From Azolla caroliniana (Eukaryota; Plantae; Polypodiophyta), in contig JBHGNT010000009.1 of assembly GCA_043228905.1 (NCBI GenBank), positions 20,088,001 through 20,152,000 on the forward strand: 64,000 nt of DNA. Reading direction: 5' to 3'. How positions within the stretch are numbered: position 1 is the first letter of the stretch; the number at the start of each line of letters is the position of its first letter. Of the stretch, positions 11,343 to 23,574 are shown piece after piece. A program made the translations under genes and the position numbers. Under the pieces are notes generated by a model. The model was not told the DNA's origin. It made no database searches and saw only the letters and a list, made by a program, of their open reading frames with translations.

Positions 11343-14300
11343 ATGGAAGGGGAAGGAGGGTGTTTAGAATTACCCCTCAATGATCATCAGGATAGGGATG
11401 ACGCTATCATGACACAACAAGCGATACAAACATATTGGGTAGAAAAAAAAGAAAACATCGTCAATTGTTGAAGGATACGAAAGCCACACTCACTAAAGGT
11501 AAAGATAGTATTAGTTGGGATATAGGTCTAAATATCACTGACAATGGAAGTAATGAGACTACTATCATAGAGAGAAAGGTTGTAGACTATTTCAATGTTC
11601 AAACCAAGCACATCAGCAATGAAGACAAGAAGGTAGTACTTTATGGAATATTAAATGATCCATCAATAAAGGAGTTTCGTACTAGTAAATAATGCAAACA
11701 TAACATCTGTACTAGTAAATAATCTCCGTAATAGTTTCGTATCCATGAGCAGGTCAGAAGATGATCTTGTCTTAAAAAGGTCTAGTCTAATGATGTTACT
11801 TAATAGTGATGTTGACGATATTAACATCAATGTGCTATCTAAGGTAATTGGTGTTAGTAGAAAAAGTGTGTACAATACATTGAACCGAATAATTTCCTCG
11901 GGTGAAGGAACTAGTCTGCTAAAGCTAACAACAAGATATAAGCCAATGACACCCATAATATCAAAAATCAAGGATATAATCACAATATTTTGGACTAATG
12001 AGAGTAGGGTTTCACCCAATAAGAAGGATTTATGCAGGAAACGTGTTGGAAGGAGTCAATACGAGGAGCATCCCATTCATCTTCTTGATGTACCTCAGGT
12101 ATTTACATTTATCTCAACATTTCTTTTGACTTTTGAGCTTAGTTAGTTAGCTTATTAGCTACCTCTGAATATGATCATAACCGAATAGCTAATTACCTAC
12201 CTCAGAATATGCCCAAAGCTAACTAGCTACCAGTAATAGCTAATTAGCTACCAAAATAACTAATTAGCTCCCTAAGTATATCAAAATCCCTAATTAGCAG
12301 AGTATGGTAGTAGCTAATTAGCTACTAGTTAGCTAATTAGCTATTGTACAAAACTATGGTAGTAACTAATTAGCTACCACTTCGCTAATTAGCTACTGTA
12401 CTAAACTATGGTAGTAGCTAATTAGCTACCACTTAGCTAATTAGCTATTGTATTAAACTATGCTAGTAGCTAATTACCTACCGGTTAGCTAATTAGCTAT
12501 TGTACTAAACTATTTAGCTACCATTTAGCTAATGTATTAAACTATGGTAGTAGCTAATTAGCTACTATACTGAACTATGGTAGTAGCTAATTAGCTACCA
12601 CTTAGCTAATTAGCTATTGTACTAAACTATGGTAGTAGCTAATTAGCTACTTAACTAAAGTATGGTAGTAGCTAATTAGCTACCACTTAGCTAATGTATT
12701 AAATTATGGTAGTAGCTAATTAGCTACTCAACTAAAGTTTGATAGTAGCTAATTAGCTACCACTTAGCTAATTAGCTATTGTACTAAACTATGGTAGTAG
12801 TTAATTAGCTACCACTTAGCTAATGTATTAAACTATGGTAGTAGCTAATTAGCTATCACTTAGCTAATTAGTTACTCAACTAAAGTTTGATAGTAGCTAA
12901 TTAGCTACTATACTAAACTATGGTAGTAACTAATTAGCTACCACTTAGCTAATTAGCTACTGTACTAAAATATGGTAGTAGCTAATTAGCTATCACTTAG
13001 CTAATTAGCTACTCAACTAAAGTTTGATAGTAGCTAATTAGCTACCACTTAGCTAATTAGCTACTGTACTAAACTATGGTAGTAGCTAATTAGCTACCAC
13101 TTAGCTAATTAGCTACTCAACTAAAGTTTGGTAATAGCTAATTAGCTACCACTTAGCTAATTAGCTACTGTACTAAACTATGGTAGTAGCTAATTAGCTA
13201 CCACTTAGCTAATGTATTAAACTATGGTAGTAGCTAATTAGCTACTCAACTAAAGTATGGTAGTAGCTTAGCTAATTAGCTACTCAACTAAAGTTTGGTA
13301 ATAACTAATTAGCTACCACTTAGCTAATTAGCTACCGTACTAAACTATGGTAGTAGCTAATTAGCTACCACTTAGCTAATGTATTAAACTAGCTAATTAG
13401 CTACCAGTTAGCTAATTAGCTACTCAACTAAAGTTTGATTGTAGTTAATTAGCTACCACTTAGCTAATTAGCTACTCAACTAAAGTTTGATAGTAGCTAA
13501 TTAGCTACCACTTAGCCATAGAGCTAATCAGTATGTCCATTTTATTACGCAGGTCGATTTATTTATTAGGTTCAGGCGAATACATCAAAATATCAAAGTT
13601 CAACTACGAACATTTGAGTCTCTTAAGCCACACTTCGTGAGACGCTTGTTGCATTTACCATGTACAAATGGGTTTTCTCAAGGATTTTGTTAATCTACTA
13701 CGTCACCATAGTCCCTCCCTAACAAATGCAGTTTGCACTTGTGTGTGCCCAATTTGTCGATCGAGCCAGCATGAGCACTGTAAATCATCTGAGCATGTTA
13801 TCTCTTCCATGAGTTGTCTTTTAGATTCAGTATTGTGTCTGACAGAAACTGAGGCCATCTTCCACAATCATAAATGTGTCATGGGTTTATGCCAAGATTG
13901 TGGCCCTAGTAGATTTAGGTGGTGCCCAAATGAATTGAGTAGTGAAATACTAATCTCTGTCAAGTTATTTGAGTTAGTTGACACCAATTTTGAAGGAAAG
14001 GTGTGTAAAAGAAAGGATCTAGTTAGGAAGTCGCTTAAACCAAGGGATTTGGCGTCTTTATTTGTAGTATCTCTAGGAAAGTTCATTAAACACAACTTCA
14101 TTTATTCATGGCAAGCCCATCAGTTTAAGACTTGCATATCTAATTTTCTAAATGATGTAGTAATCTCAATAGTAGATTTCGCAGAGAATTATACTTTCAA
14201 GCAGCAGAATGAAATTCAGCGCAGGTAACCATTTTTGTGCACATAACATATTTTCGAGTTTCAGGTGATCTTAAAAAAGTTATTCATTTTTTTAGTTTTA

Positions 14301-15356
14301 ATGATAAGAAGCATGACACCTTGTTCGTCCAACATTGTTTTAACTTACATTAGCAATGGCTATTAGCTAAACGTTTGGAGCTTACTCAACATTGGGTCTG
14401 GTCTGATGGAGTTGCATCACAATTCAAGGCTAGACATCCATTTTATTTTGTGGGGAGGTATCTTTGCTATAACAAGTTTGGAGATGAGATGATTTTTTTT
14501 TTGGTCTAGCCATGGTAAAGGTGAACATGATGGTGCAGGTGCTGTTATAAAGCGGGCACTTACCCATGAACAACTAAAGGCAGATGGTGTGCAGATGAAT
14601 TGTGTAGCACATGTAGTTGAATTTTTAAGAGCTAATATGTCAATGAGTGCAACTGGTGTTTATTCCTCGCAGGTCCGAGATATCAAACGTGAATTTTGGG
14701 AAGTGAAGATAGATGAAGTAAATAGGGAGAAGACCTGGGAGTGCTAAGGAAATCCCGAATTGTGATCTCTCCATGTTGTTCGCGGTTATTCTAGGTTGGA
14801 TGGTTATTGTATTGTGGTTAGAGAATTAACTTGTTTTTGCTTCCATTGTGTGCAGGGAAATTTGAGGTATTGTTTAAACAAAGCATATATTCAGAATTGG
14901 GAGTATCATACATTGAATGATAAGGAAGTTGTTGATGGGGAAACAAAAAAGAATGTCGAGTTCACATATCAAGGACATGGAGATACTCTGAGTGATGTCT
15001 TAAATGTTGGGGATAATTTTGCTGTAAATGTAGAAGAAGGCAATTCAGAGGGCGTTGATTTCTATATATTGAAGTGCACAGTTAGTAAATAGTGTGCAAC
15101 ACAGAATATATTAGATGCTTGGGGAAATGTTGTATCTACCGAGACATTCTACATCAAAGGTATTTTATATGCAAGACTAGATGATTACGATTATATGTAT
15201 AGGCTATTAGAAGACAAACCAGTGGTGTACATGTAGTCTTATTTGGTCAGGTGCATCAATGTCCTAATGTCGCAATACAATAGCTGCTTAGGTTTATACA
15301 CAGTTAGTGCTAATGTGTATGAAAGTATTTACAACAGTATGCCATGGAATTTGTAG
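11343..15356 (+). pseudogene. Sola2-like DDD transposase, 2 exons (~11343-12098, 13553-15356), degenerate
   Basis: Phase-0 GT-AG intron 12099-13552 joins HPIHLLDVPQ to VDLFIRFRRIHQNIKVQLRTFESLKPHFV. A Cys/His-rich region is followed by VDFAENY..QNEIQ, WSDGVASQFK, HGKGEHDGAG and RELTCFCFHC motifs. Stops and frameshifts present. Confidence 0.75.
12140..13530. repeat. Palindromic AGCTAATTAGCT satellite filling the transposase intron
   Basis: Dozens of (G)TAGCTAATTAGCTA(C) palindromes separated by ACCACTT or TGTACTAAACTATGGTA spacers. Confidence 0.95.
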
Positions 15357-17454
15357 CTACAAGTAGCAATTACCAGTTTTCTTGTAAAACAAACATAGCA
15401 CATGTATTGCAAATAAACAGTTTAATGGACCTATTTCGGAGTTTTTTTTTCATATACAATCTACTTTTTGTGCTTCTTCTGGCCAAGTCTTCTATCTGAT
15501 ATACAGTTTAATAATATTGTTTAGGGTTCTTCTTTTTGAGATACAGATTTACTCAAGTGAACCATGTACAAGTTAAAATAGTTTGCATAATTTTAAGAAA
15601 AAACATTATCATGAAATCAGCAATCCTGAACATACTCTTAAAATTACATAGTAGATAAGTTACTCAAAACAAGCAATTTAATTCTTCATTGATTAAGTGG
15701 TAGCAAATTACATATTTATAACATCCCATTGCCAATGTCTTGAAATCGTCTATAAACAGCTAAGCTCTTGCTTGTCAGTGGAACTTCTCTACATATATGA
15801 TCTACATACCGAGCACGGTATGGAGTCCACAACCATGTAGCTAGTTGGCAGCTCAATGTTTTCACCAAATAGTGTTCAGGCATTTCATCGGGTAGAATGA
15901 GACAGCATCTACGAATGTTGAAGTAATGTCAGAAATGTTATGTATCCAGAATCAATGTATTGTCGGCATTATAATCTGGCCAAGTGTCCAAAAATCAGAA
16001 AGTCTTTTGAATCTTGCAGCATCATTCTGCTCACAATTCTGCCGTGTCCACTGACCCTTGAAATGTTGTCGCCACTTCAGGAAGAATCTTGCTACACACT
16101 TCCACACATATGTACGTGGTTTTTCGCTCCAAATAAACAAATCAAAATATTGCACAACCCACTCCAGAAATTGATTTGCGTCCCTCCTTGGTGTCATATA
16201 TCACACACTCATCAGGACTTTATCAAGCTCCAAGATCAAGGCTCTTCTTTCGACTTCTAATGGTTTAGGTTTCCATTCCTGTAATTGAGCCTCTATTACA
16301 CCAATTACTGGTAGCACACGATCAAGGTCAATCAACTCAGGTGTCCTTTTCCTCTTCAAACCCCTGGTCGACTGTGTTGGGCCTGGCTTCACATTCTGGT
16401 GCTCTTGTGTTGTCGATTTAGTCATTGGCTCAGTGCATGTAGATACTGATCTGGTCAATATCAGCCCACTGGTATCACATGCTGCATCTACCTGCAAAAT
16501 CAGATCATCTGTGCAACATGCTTGATCAACTTGCATGACCAGATCATTTGTGTCAGTTGCTACATCTACTTTCAAGATGTGGCCCTCTAAATACGCAACA
16601 ACATCAACAGTTTCCACACTACCATCGATCTTAGGAGCAATAGATTCAAACCCTTTAAACTCTGCAACATCAGAAAACACCAACATATTCACACTCACAA
16701 AGTAACTAACAGTCTCACAAAACAACATAATGAACATGAAATATTTTCCATCATAGAAACATGAACATAATTATCTTGGAGAAACATCATAGAGTTCCAT
16801 TACATAATGTGGATCAAGAAACAACCAATCTGAGGTTTTACTTGTCCAAATAGATCATAGTAAAACATCATAAAACCCTAGGAAAATCGCTAACAATCAT
16901 ATCCCACTAATAAGTATTTCACTCCAATTCAAGAGCCCCTTGACCGAGTAACTGGTCTTGTCCCCAATCGTGGCCCCTTCTTCACCCTTTTTCTAGCCGG
17001 TTTCCCATTTAGCCTTGCTTCTTTGACCCATTGCACAAGTCTATCCTCCTCCGACAACCTTTCCATCACCTCAGCAACGGCTTGCAGGTCAGCCACGTCT
17101 TGCACTAGCTTTTCCAATACAGTGGGATCTGTTTGGACATTATCAGTAGTTGGGCTCAATGGGGTGGAATCAAGGTTTTGGGATTCGAAGAAATGTTGCA
17201 TCAAGTGTTCAAAAACACTATTTTTGTGAACCTCATATTTACATGATGTTTCCAATATTTCATGGCTTTTCACATCCTTGCCTAATTCATTACCATCTTC
17301 CAAAAGAATAGGGTGGAGCTGATCTGAAGGAGATGTGATAGCAGGACTCTTACTTTCAGCCACATTGGCATCTATCTCCTCATCGATTGCAGCGTCATCA
17401 ACACTAGATAGGTCATGCGCCCTCCTTAATCCACAAGATTCTACAACAACATGG

Positions 17455-18720
17455 TCGCTAATTAGCTACATCTTAGGTAACTAGCTATTCTTCAAGACTA
17501 TGATAGTAGCTAATTAGCTACCACTGAGCTAATTAGCTACTTTGCTTAGGTATGGTACTAGCTAATTAGCTACTCAACTAAAATATTGTACTAGCTAGTT
17601 AGCCACTATAACTAAAGTATGGTACTAGCTAATTAGCTATTGTACTAAACTATGGCAGTAGCTAATTAGCTACCATTTTGCTAATTAGCTACTCAGCTAA
17701 AGTATGGTAGTCGCTAATTAGCTACCACTTAGCTAATTAGTTATTGTACTAAACTATGGTAGTACCTAATTAGCTACCACTTAGCTAATTAGCTACTCAA
17801 CTAAAGTATGGTACTATCTAGTTAGCCACTATAACTAAAGTATGGTAGTAGTTAATTAGCTACTACTAAGCTTATTAGCTACTGTACAAAACTATGGTAG
17901 TAGTTAATTAGCTACTATTTAGCTAATTAGGTATTGTATTAAACTATGGTAGTAGCTAATTAGCTACCACTTTGCTAATTAGCTACTATACTAAACTATG
18001 GTAGTCGCTAATTAGCTACCTCTCAGCTAATTAGCTACTGTACTAAACTATGGTAGTCGCTAATTAGCTACCACTCAACTAATTAGCTACTATACTAAAC
18101 TATGGTAGTAGCTAATTAGCTATCAGTTAGCTAATTAGCTACTCTGCTAAAGTATGGTAGTAGCTAATTAGCTACTGTACAAAACTATGGTAGTAGCTAA
18201 TTAGCTATTGTATTAAACTATGGTAGTAGCTAATTAGCTACTGCACTAAACTATGATAGTAGCTAATTAGCTACCACTTAGCTAATTAAATATTGCACTA
18301 AACTATGATAGTAGCTAATTAGTTATTGTACTAAACTATGGTAGTAGCTAATTAGCTACCACTTAGCTAATTAGCTATTGTACTAAACTATGGTAGTAGC
18401 TAATTAGTTACCACTTAGCTAATTAGCTACTCAAGTAAACTATGGTAGTAGCTAATTAGCTTCCACTTAGCTAATTAGTTACTCAACTGAAGTATGGCAG
18501 TAGCTAATTAGCTATTGTAGTAAACTATGGTAGTAGCTAATTAGTTAAGTGGTAGCTAATTAGCTACTCAGCTAAAGTATTCTAGTAGCTAATTAGCTAC
18601 CACTTAGCTAATTAACTACATGTTAGGTAATTAGCTACTACACTACAACCATAATAGCTAAATAGTTTCCACACTTTATACAGCTTACCTAATTAGCAAA
18701 AATGGAACTAATTAGCTACA
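17455..18720. repeat. Second AGCTAATTAGCT satellite, inside the accessory-gene intron after the RING exon
   Basis: Same units as 12140-13530; bounded by a minus-strand donor at 18745 and acceptor at 17441. Confidence 0.93.
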
Positions 18721-20495
18721 CTATGGTCACAAGCAACAATTTTACCTGTGTGTTTTCTCCACTCATCTAGGAGAGTTGTACTACAATCCCCCAAATAGAA
18801 TGCAGCAATGCGATAGGCATATTGAAAACAAACGATATGGTATGTGTGTTGGCATGGTTGTAGGTGAACCAACAGAGTAGCACATTTGTCCTCTACACGT
18901 AATCCACAAGCGATGCAACATGCTTGAACAGTCAATATATCGTTTCCTGGTTCTCCTTCATTTGGTAAGGGAGCAAGAATGTTCAGGTCCAATTCTTGTC
19001 TGCTCCTTACCATCCCCTCCGCAAAATGTAGTTGCTTCTTAAGGTAGCTAACTACCTATTCTTGACGGGAGTATTGTTCCTTCAACGCTGTCGTGCCTTT
19101 CGGCTCCGGATCGTTTGCGTGAGTCGGGTGGGAACCGCCGAGGTTTTGGACTAGGATTCACGAATTTGCTAAAAATAATTCTCTCTTACTACCTAAATAT
19201 TGACTAAATATACTAAACTCGTGGGATTCACGAGATTCTTATCTTATAACTCTTTATACCTATTCTTTACTAGCCTTATTTGTATTTTTCTTTCTCATGC
19301 ACACTAAATGTGCATGTGAGGCTTTTCTAATCCTTGCTTTTATTTGCTAAATATAGTGCTCATTCATGCTAGATGTGCATGAGTCACTTTTTAGTCGCTT
19401 GCGTTTTTCTATAAAATATTCACGCACTCTAAAAATGCATGATTTACCTTTTAATAAAGGTAGGCGCAAATAAAGCACTTATAATTATTAAATCTATTTA
19501 TAGAACACTAAAGATAAGGTAGCATAATGGTAAAGTTGAGGTTTGGCTACGTGGATGTACAAGGTTTGAATCTTGCCCTATGCACATGATAAATATTTTG
19601 ATATTCTTATTTTATTTATTTATATGTAATTAAATCGGTTATATTATTTTTACTTTTTCACGTAGTGTACGAAATACACGACGACACTCGCCCCCTCCGA
19701 ACCCGCACATCCTCCGGTATGTGCCGAAGTTGCCGATGCTCGTTGTCTCCCCTTCATCCTCCGTTTGTCCCGCTATGTCAACTTTGTCTCTCCATTTTGA
19801 GTAGACCCATTCTTTCCACCCGAACCATTGTCGCCATCCGATCCACCATATTCTTTGTTCTCTCTCGTCATATTCTTGGCCCTTGTCATTCGTGGTAGTG
19901 TCTTTTACTGGCCTCTTTCTTGTCTTCATCAACCTTGACTTTTTTCCGGATCGCTCTCGTCCGATCAACTTTTGGTTTGATCGGCTTCCGATCGGATTCG
20001 TATTCGGCCGAATCGGAATCGGTTGTTCGGTTTCGATTGAGTCGGTCTCCTTCCGGCCCGGTTTCGATCTATCGGTTTCGGTTTCGGTTGGCTTTCTTTT
20101 CCTCGTTTTCACCAGCCTCGACCGGTCCAACCTCTGGTTGAGTCGGATTTGCTTCTTTCCGGATCGGTCTCGTCCGATCGGCTTTCGGCTAGGTCGGCCT
20201 CCATCCATATTCGCGTTCGGCCAAGTCAGACTCAGTCGATCGGTTTTGACCGAGTCGACCCCTTTTCGGGTCGGCTTTCTTTTGGGTCGTCTTTCGGCCG
20301 AATCCTCATTCGCCCGGTTCGGCTTTCGTTTGTGTCGACTTTCGGTTGAATCCTCATTCGCCCGGTTCGGCTTTCTTTCGGGTCGACTTTCGGTCGAATC
20401 CTCTTTTACCCAGTTCAGCTTTCTTTCGGTTCGTCTTTTGGCCGAATCGTCTTTTACCCGGTTCAGCTTTCTTTCGGATCGGAATCCCGTTCGGA

Positions 20496-21785
20496 TCAGA
20501 ATCCCGTCCGGATCACCTTCCATCCGAACCGGCTTCCGACTTTACCTTTCTTGCCGCCACCTCCCGTCTCTCCGGTCTCACATTGGTTCTCGGACACAAC
20601 CGCCGAAGTCTCTAGAATTAGTGGGTAGGAATCCTCGGTATTATCATCCTCTGTCATTTCAACCATAGCCTCCCTCTCGGCTATCTCTCCATCGTATGAA
20701 TCGGCTTCGACCTTTGTTTTCTCTCCACCACCTTCCGTCTCTTCGGTCTCACGTTGCCTTTCGAACGCAACCGCCGGAGTCTCTGGAATCAGCGGTGGAG
20801 AAATCTCGATATGGCCATCCGCCATTGATTCGTCCATAGCCACCTTCGATTCGATGTCATCTTTCGTGGTGACCTCCTCAATCAAGTCCTCCTTGCTCTC
20901 TTTCACTGCATCAATTATGCTTACCCCTTTTTCACCCGATGTTTCAGACACTTGTATTCGGAAATCTTCTTCTACACTTGGGTTATCGGCCTTATCCTTC
21001 GTCGTTGTTCTTTCGCAAGACAAGAGGGTAGCTTGTTTTACACCCTCTTCCATCACACCATCATGTTGTATTTCGGCCTTCATATCGGCTCCATCGTTTG
21101 TCTTCAATCGACCATCCTTCATCGGCCATGTCGTTGACAAGATTCTCATCTTCCTCTCATCATGTCTCCGGCATACCCTTTCGACTTTGGCCCAATCCTC
21201 GGTAAGACCGTTCGCACCGTCATCATCTTCGAGTTCGATCCCGATGTCCATCCTTTCTTTTCGATCGATCGATTTTACGAACATTAGGACTTTATCCTCT
21301 CCCACCAATCGTTGTTCCCGCTCCGAGAGTCGAGCAAGACGATGCTCGAACTCTAGGAATGCTTGTGTTGCACTTCGGTGGGTCTTCTCCGATGCCACCC
21401 ATTCGTCAAACTCGCGTCGATCTCGTCCCTTCGATCTCTTGTAGTCATATGCCTCTCGTAAAGCTTCTTCAAAGGACCCCCATGTTGGATTTTGTTGCCG
21501 TATCTTGTAGATTCTTTCTTGTAACTCATCCGTGGCTACCCGATTGAAGGATGTCACTTGCAATCCTTCCGGTATCCCACATCGTATCATCTCCACCTTG
21601 TAGTCACGTAGATAGCGTGACACATCGTTTCCGTTGAATTGTCCGTTTCGTTGTACGAGACGCTTTACTACCCCCGTGATCTCCAACATCGCTCGTTGTT
21701 CTTGTAGCATCCGCTCGAACATCATCATCATCGTTATGCTCATTGCCTCTTGTTGATTCTCCATCTCCTTGCCACCCGCCTTCAC
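20496..21785 (-). CDS. Gag-like protein, 429-aa open ORF
   Basis: Starts within the PBS; FNGNDVSRYLRDY...TWGSFEEALREAY resembles the N-terminus of a Ty3/gypsy capsid; acidic tail. Confidence 0.65.
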   Translation of the reverse strand: MKAGGKEMENQQEAMSITMMMMFERMLQEQRAMLEITGVVKRLVQRNGQFNGNDVSRYLRDYKVEMIRCGIPEGLQVTSFNRVATDELQERIYKIRQQNPTWGSFEEALREAYDYKRSKGRDRREFDEWVASEKTHRSATQAFLEFEHRLARLSEREQRLVGEDKVLMFVKSIDRKERMDIGIELEDDDGANGLTEDWAKVERVCRRHDERKMRILSTTWPMKDGRLKTNDGADMKAEIQHDGVMEEGVKQATLLSCERTTTKDKADNPSVEEDFRIQVSETSGEKGVSIIDAVKESKEDLIEEVTTKDDIESKVAMDESMADGHIEISPPLIPETPAVAFERQRETEETEGGGEKTKVEADSYDGEIAEREAMVEMTEDDNTEDSYPLILETSAVVSENQCETGETGGGGKKGKVGSRFGWKVIRTGF

Positions 21786-21798
21786 GTCGGGTTCACCA
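21781..21798 (-). promoter_or_regulatory. tRNA-Trp primer-binding site
   Basis: + strand TTCACGTCGGGTTCACCA equals the 3' 18 nt of plant cytosolic tRNA-Trp as I recall it; 4 nt from the LTR. Confidence 0.8.
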
Positions 21799-23574
21799 AC
21801 TGTGTCGTGCCTTTCGGCTCCGGATCGTTGCGTGAGTCGGGTGGGAACCGCCGAGGTTTTGGACTAGGAGAAAGAAAAATATGAGATGAGGCTAGTAATG
21901 AATAGATTATTAGAAAGAGAGATAGAAATTTCGTGAATCCCACGAGTGTATTTTATTCGATTAATCAATATTTAGATAAGAATATGTATTTAGATTGAAA
22001 GAAAAATATAAGAAACTTGTGAATCCCACAAGTATAGATTATATTATTTTCGTGAATCCCACGATTATATTAATCGGTTAGTGTTTTCGGAAATATATCC
22101 AATTTCCAAATATTTCACACACCTATTACATTGTGCTCCCCATCCTTATGTAGTGATGGGAGAGACTAAGCATAGCTACATGTTTTTTTCTAATATGTTC
22201 ATGCACACTAAATGTGCATGTGATGCTTTTCTAATCCTTGCTTTTATTTGCTAAATATAGTGCTCATTCATGCTAGATGTACATGAGTCACTTTTTAGTC
22301 ACTTGCGTTTTTCTATAAAATATTCACGCACTCTAAAAATGCATGATTTACCTTTTAATAAAGGTAGGCGCAAATAAAGCACTTATAGTTATTAAATCTA
22401 TTTATAGAACACTAAAGATAAGGTAGCATAATGGTAAAGTTGAGGTTTGGCTACATGGAGGTACAAGGTTCGAATCTTGCCCTATGCACATGATAAATAT
22501 TTTGATATTCTTATTTTATTTATTTATATGTAATTAAATCGGTTATATTATTTTTACTTTTTCACATAGTGTACGAAATACACTACGACAACGCAGCCGA
22601 GAAATTTACCGATTAATTATTCCTTAATGAGGAAGATACAACAACAAGAAACAAGAATCATTAACTTACTTGTAGCTTTTCTAAATTGTAATCATCGACA
22701 GTATTTACACCTAGAAGGTCCAAGCTCATTGAAAGAACCTGGATCTCTGTCTGCAGTTGAATTTTCCGTTGGGGATCCAACGACCCCTCAATTTCAAGTT
22801 CATGTTGAGCAACCTGTTCCAGATAATGCCTTAGTAGCACATTTTCACATACAAGTTATTTGTAACATATTACATACTAGCAAAACAATAGGTACCTGAA
22901 TCTTATTTCTGATTGTTGTAACTGCCAAAATGACTTTGTTCTCCATTGTAGCAGCCAATGTTGCTTTCTCTAAATCTGTCTTAAAAAACTCCAATGTCTC
23001 ACAAGCTTCATGGACATTTTTTAGCATATAGCTAATCAATGTCTCACCTGTATCATCGACATTGGATTTCATTGTGTGTCGGTGTGGCGTATACTTGCGG
23101 GTTTGTTGGGAGCTGGCAGTTGCATCATCAACTGCCATGCTCCAAAATCTTGCCATTTTTTGTTGCAAGCTCCCCATCTTCTGACATCTTTCTACCGATG
23201 CCTCACCATAAATTGCCCAAGCTACCCTGTATATTTCAGGGTCACGATATTCCTTCGTTGTTTTGCAATACTCGTATACAAAAGCTCTGGCAAATGAAAC
23301 TGACAACTTGTTGACCGGGATCTCTTGATGTACTTTCTGGTGCAGTCTCAAGTAGTCGTCGTACATGCTTGAGCTTGACCTTGCCTTTCACTCTAGGCAC
23401 TTTATATACTGACATCCAGTCTACATCACTAATCAATCTATCAGTTAGAATAGCAGGGTCAATACCCTCGAGCGACAGACCATATATGTTGTGAAAGTCC
23501 TCCTTTGTCTTGCAAAATTTTGCGAAGTTCAGCACTTTAGGATAGCCTGGGAGGAACAAGCCACCTGAAATAGA

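Larger units (their letters stand above)
19089..22590 (-). mobile_element. Non-autonomous gag-only LTR retroelement (TR-GAG-like) with tRNA-Trp PBS
   Basis: LTRs 19089-19686 and 21803-22590 (TGTCGT...ACGACA), TSD ACGC, PBS 21781-21798, PPT-like CTCGCCCCCTCC at 19687; no pol motifs. Confidence 0.9.
15720..23564 (-). pseudogene. Accessory multi-exon gene of element 1: FARAF domain, coiled coil, RING finger and FCP1/NIF-like phosphatase domain; interrupted by an LTR element
   Basis: Exons ~23564-22896, ~22830-22710, ~22625-22591 plus 19084-18746 (RING), 17440-~16930 and 16661-~15720. The frame is kept across the 18745-17441 intron and across the LTR insertion site. Confidence 0.65.

Noticed and set aside
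12140-18720. CRISPR-like reading of the palindrome-plus-spacer arrays
   Set aside because: The spacers are themselves repeated and short, there are no cas genes, and the arrays lie in introns of eukaryotic DNA.
19520-19585. tRNA-like stretch in the LTRs (GGTAGCATAATGGTAAAG...GGTTCGAATCTTGCC; also ~22422-22485)
   Set aside because: It has A-box and B-box-like words, but I cannot fold a full cloverleaf or identify an anticodon; possibly a decayed tRNA or SINE relic, left uncalled.
19883-21444. Long + strand ORFs (261 and 196 aa)
   Set aside because: Antisense shadows of the gag-like ORF and its in-frame repeats; low complexity with no domain motifs.
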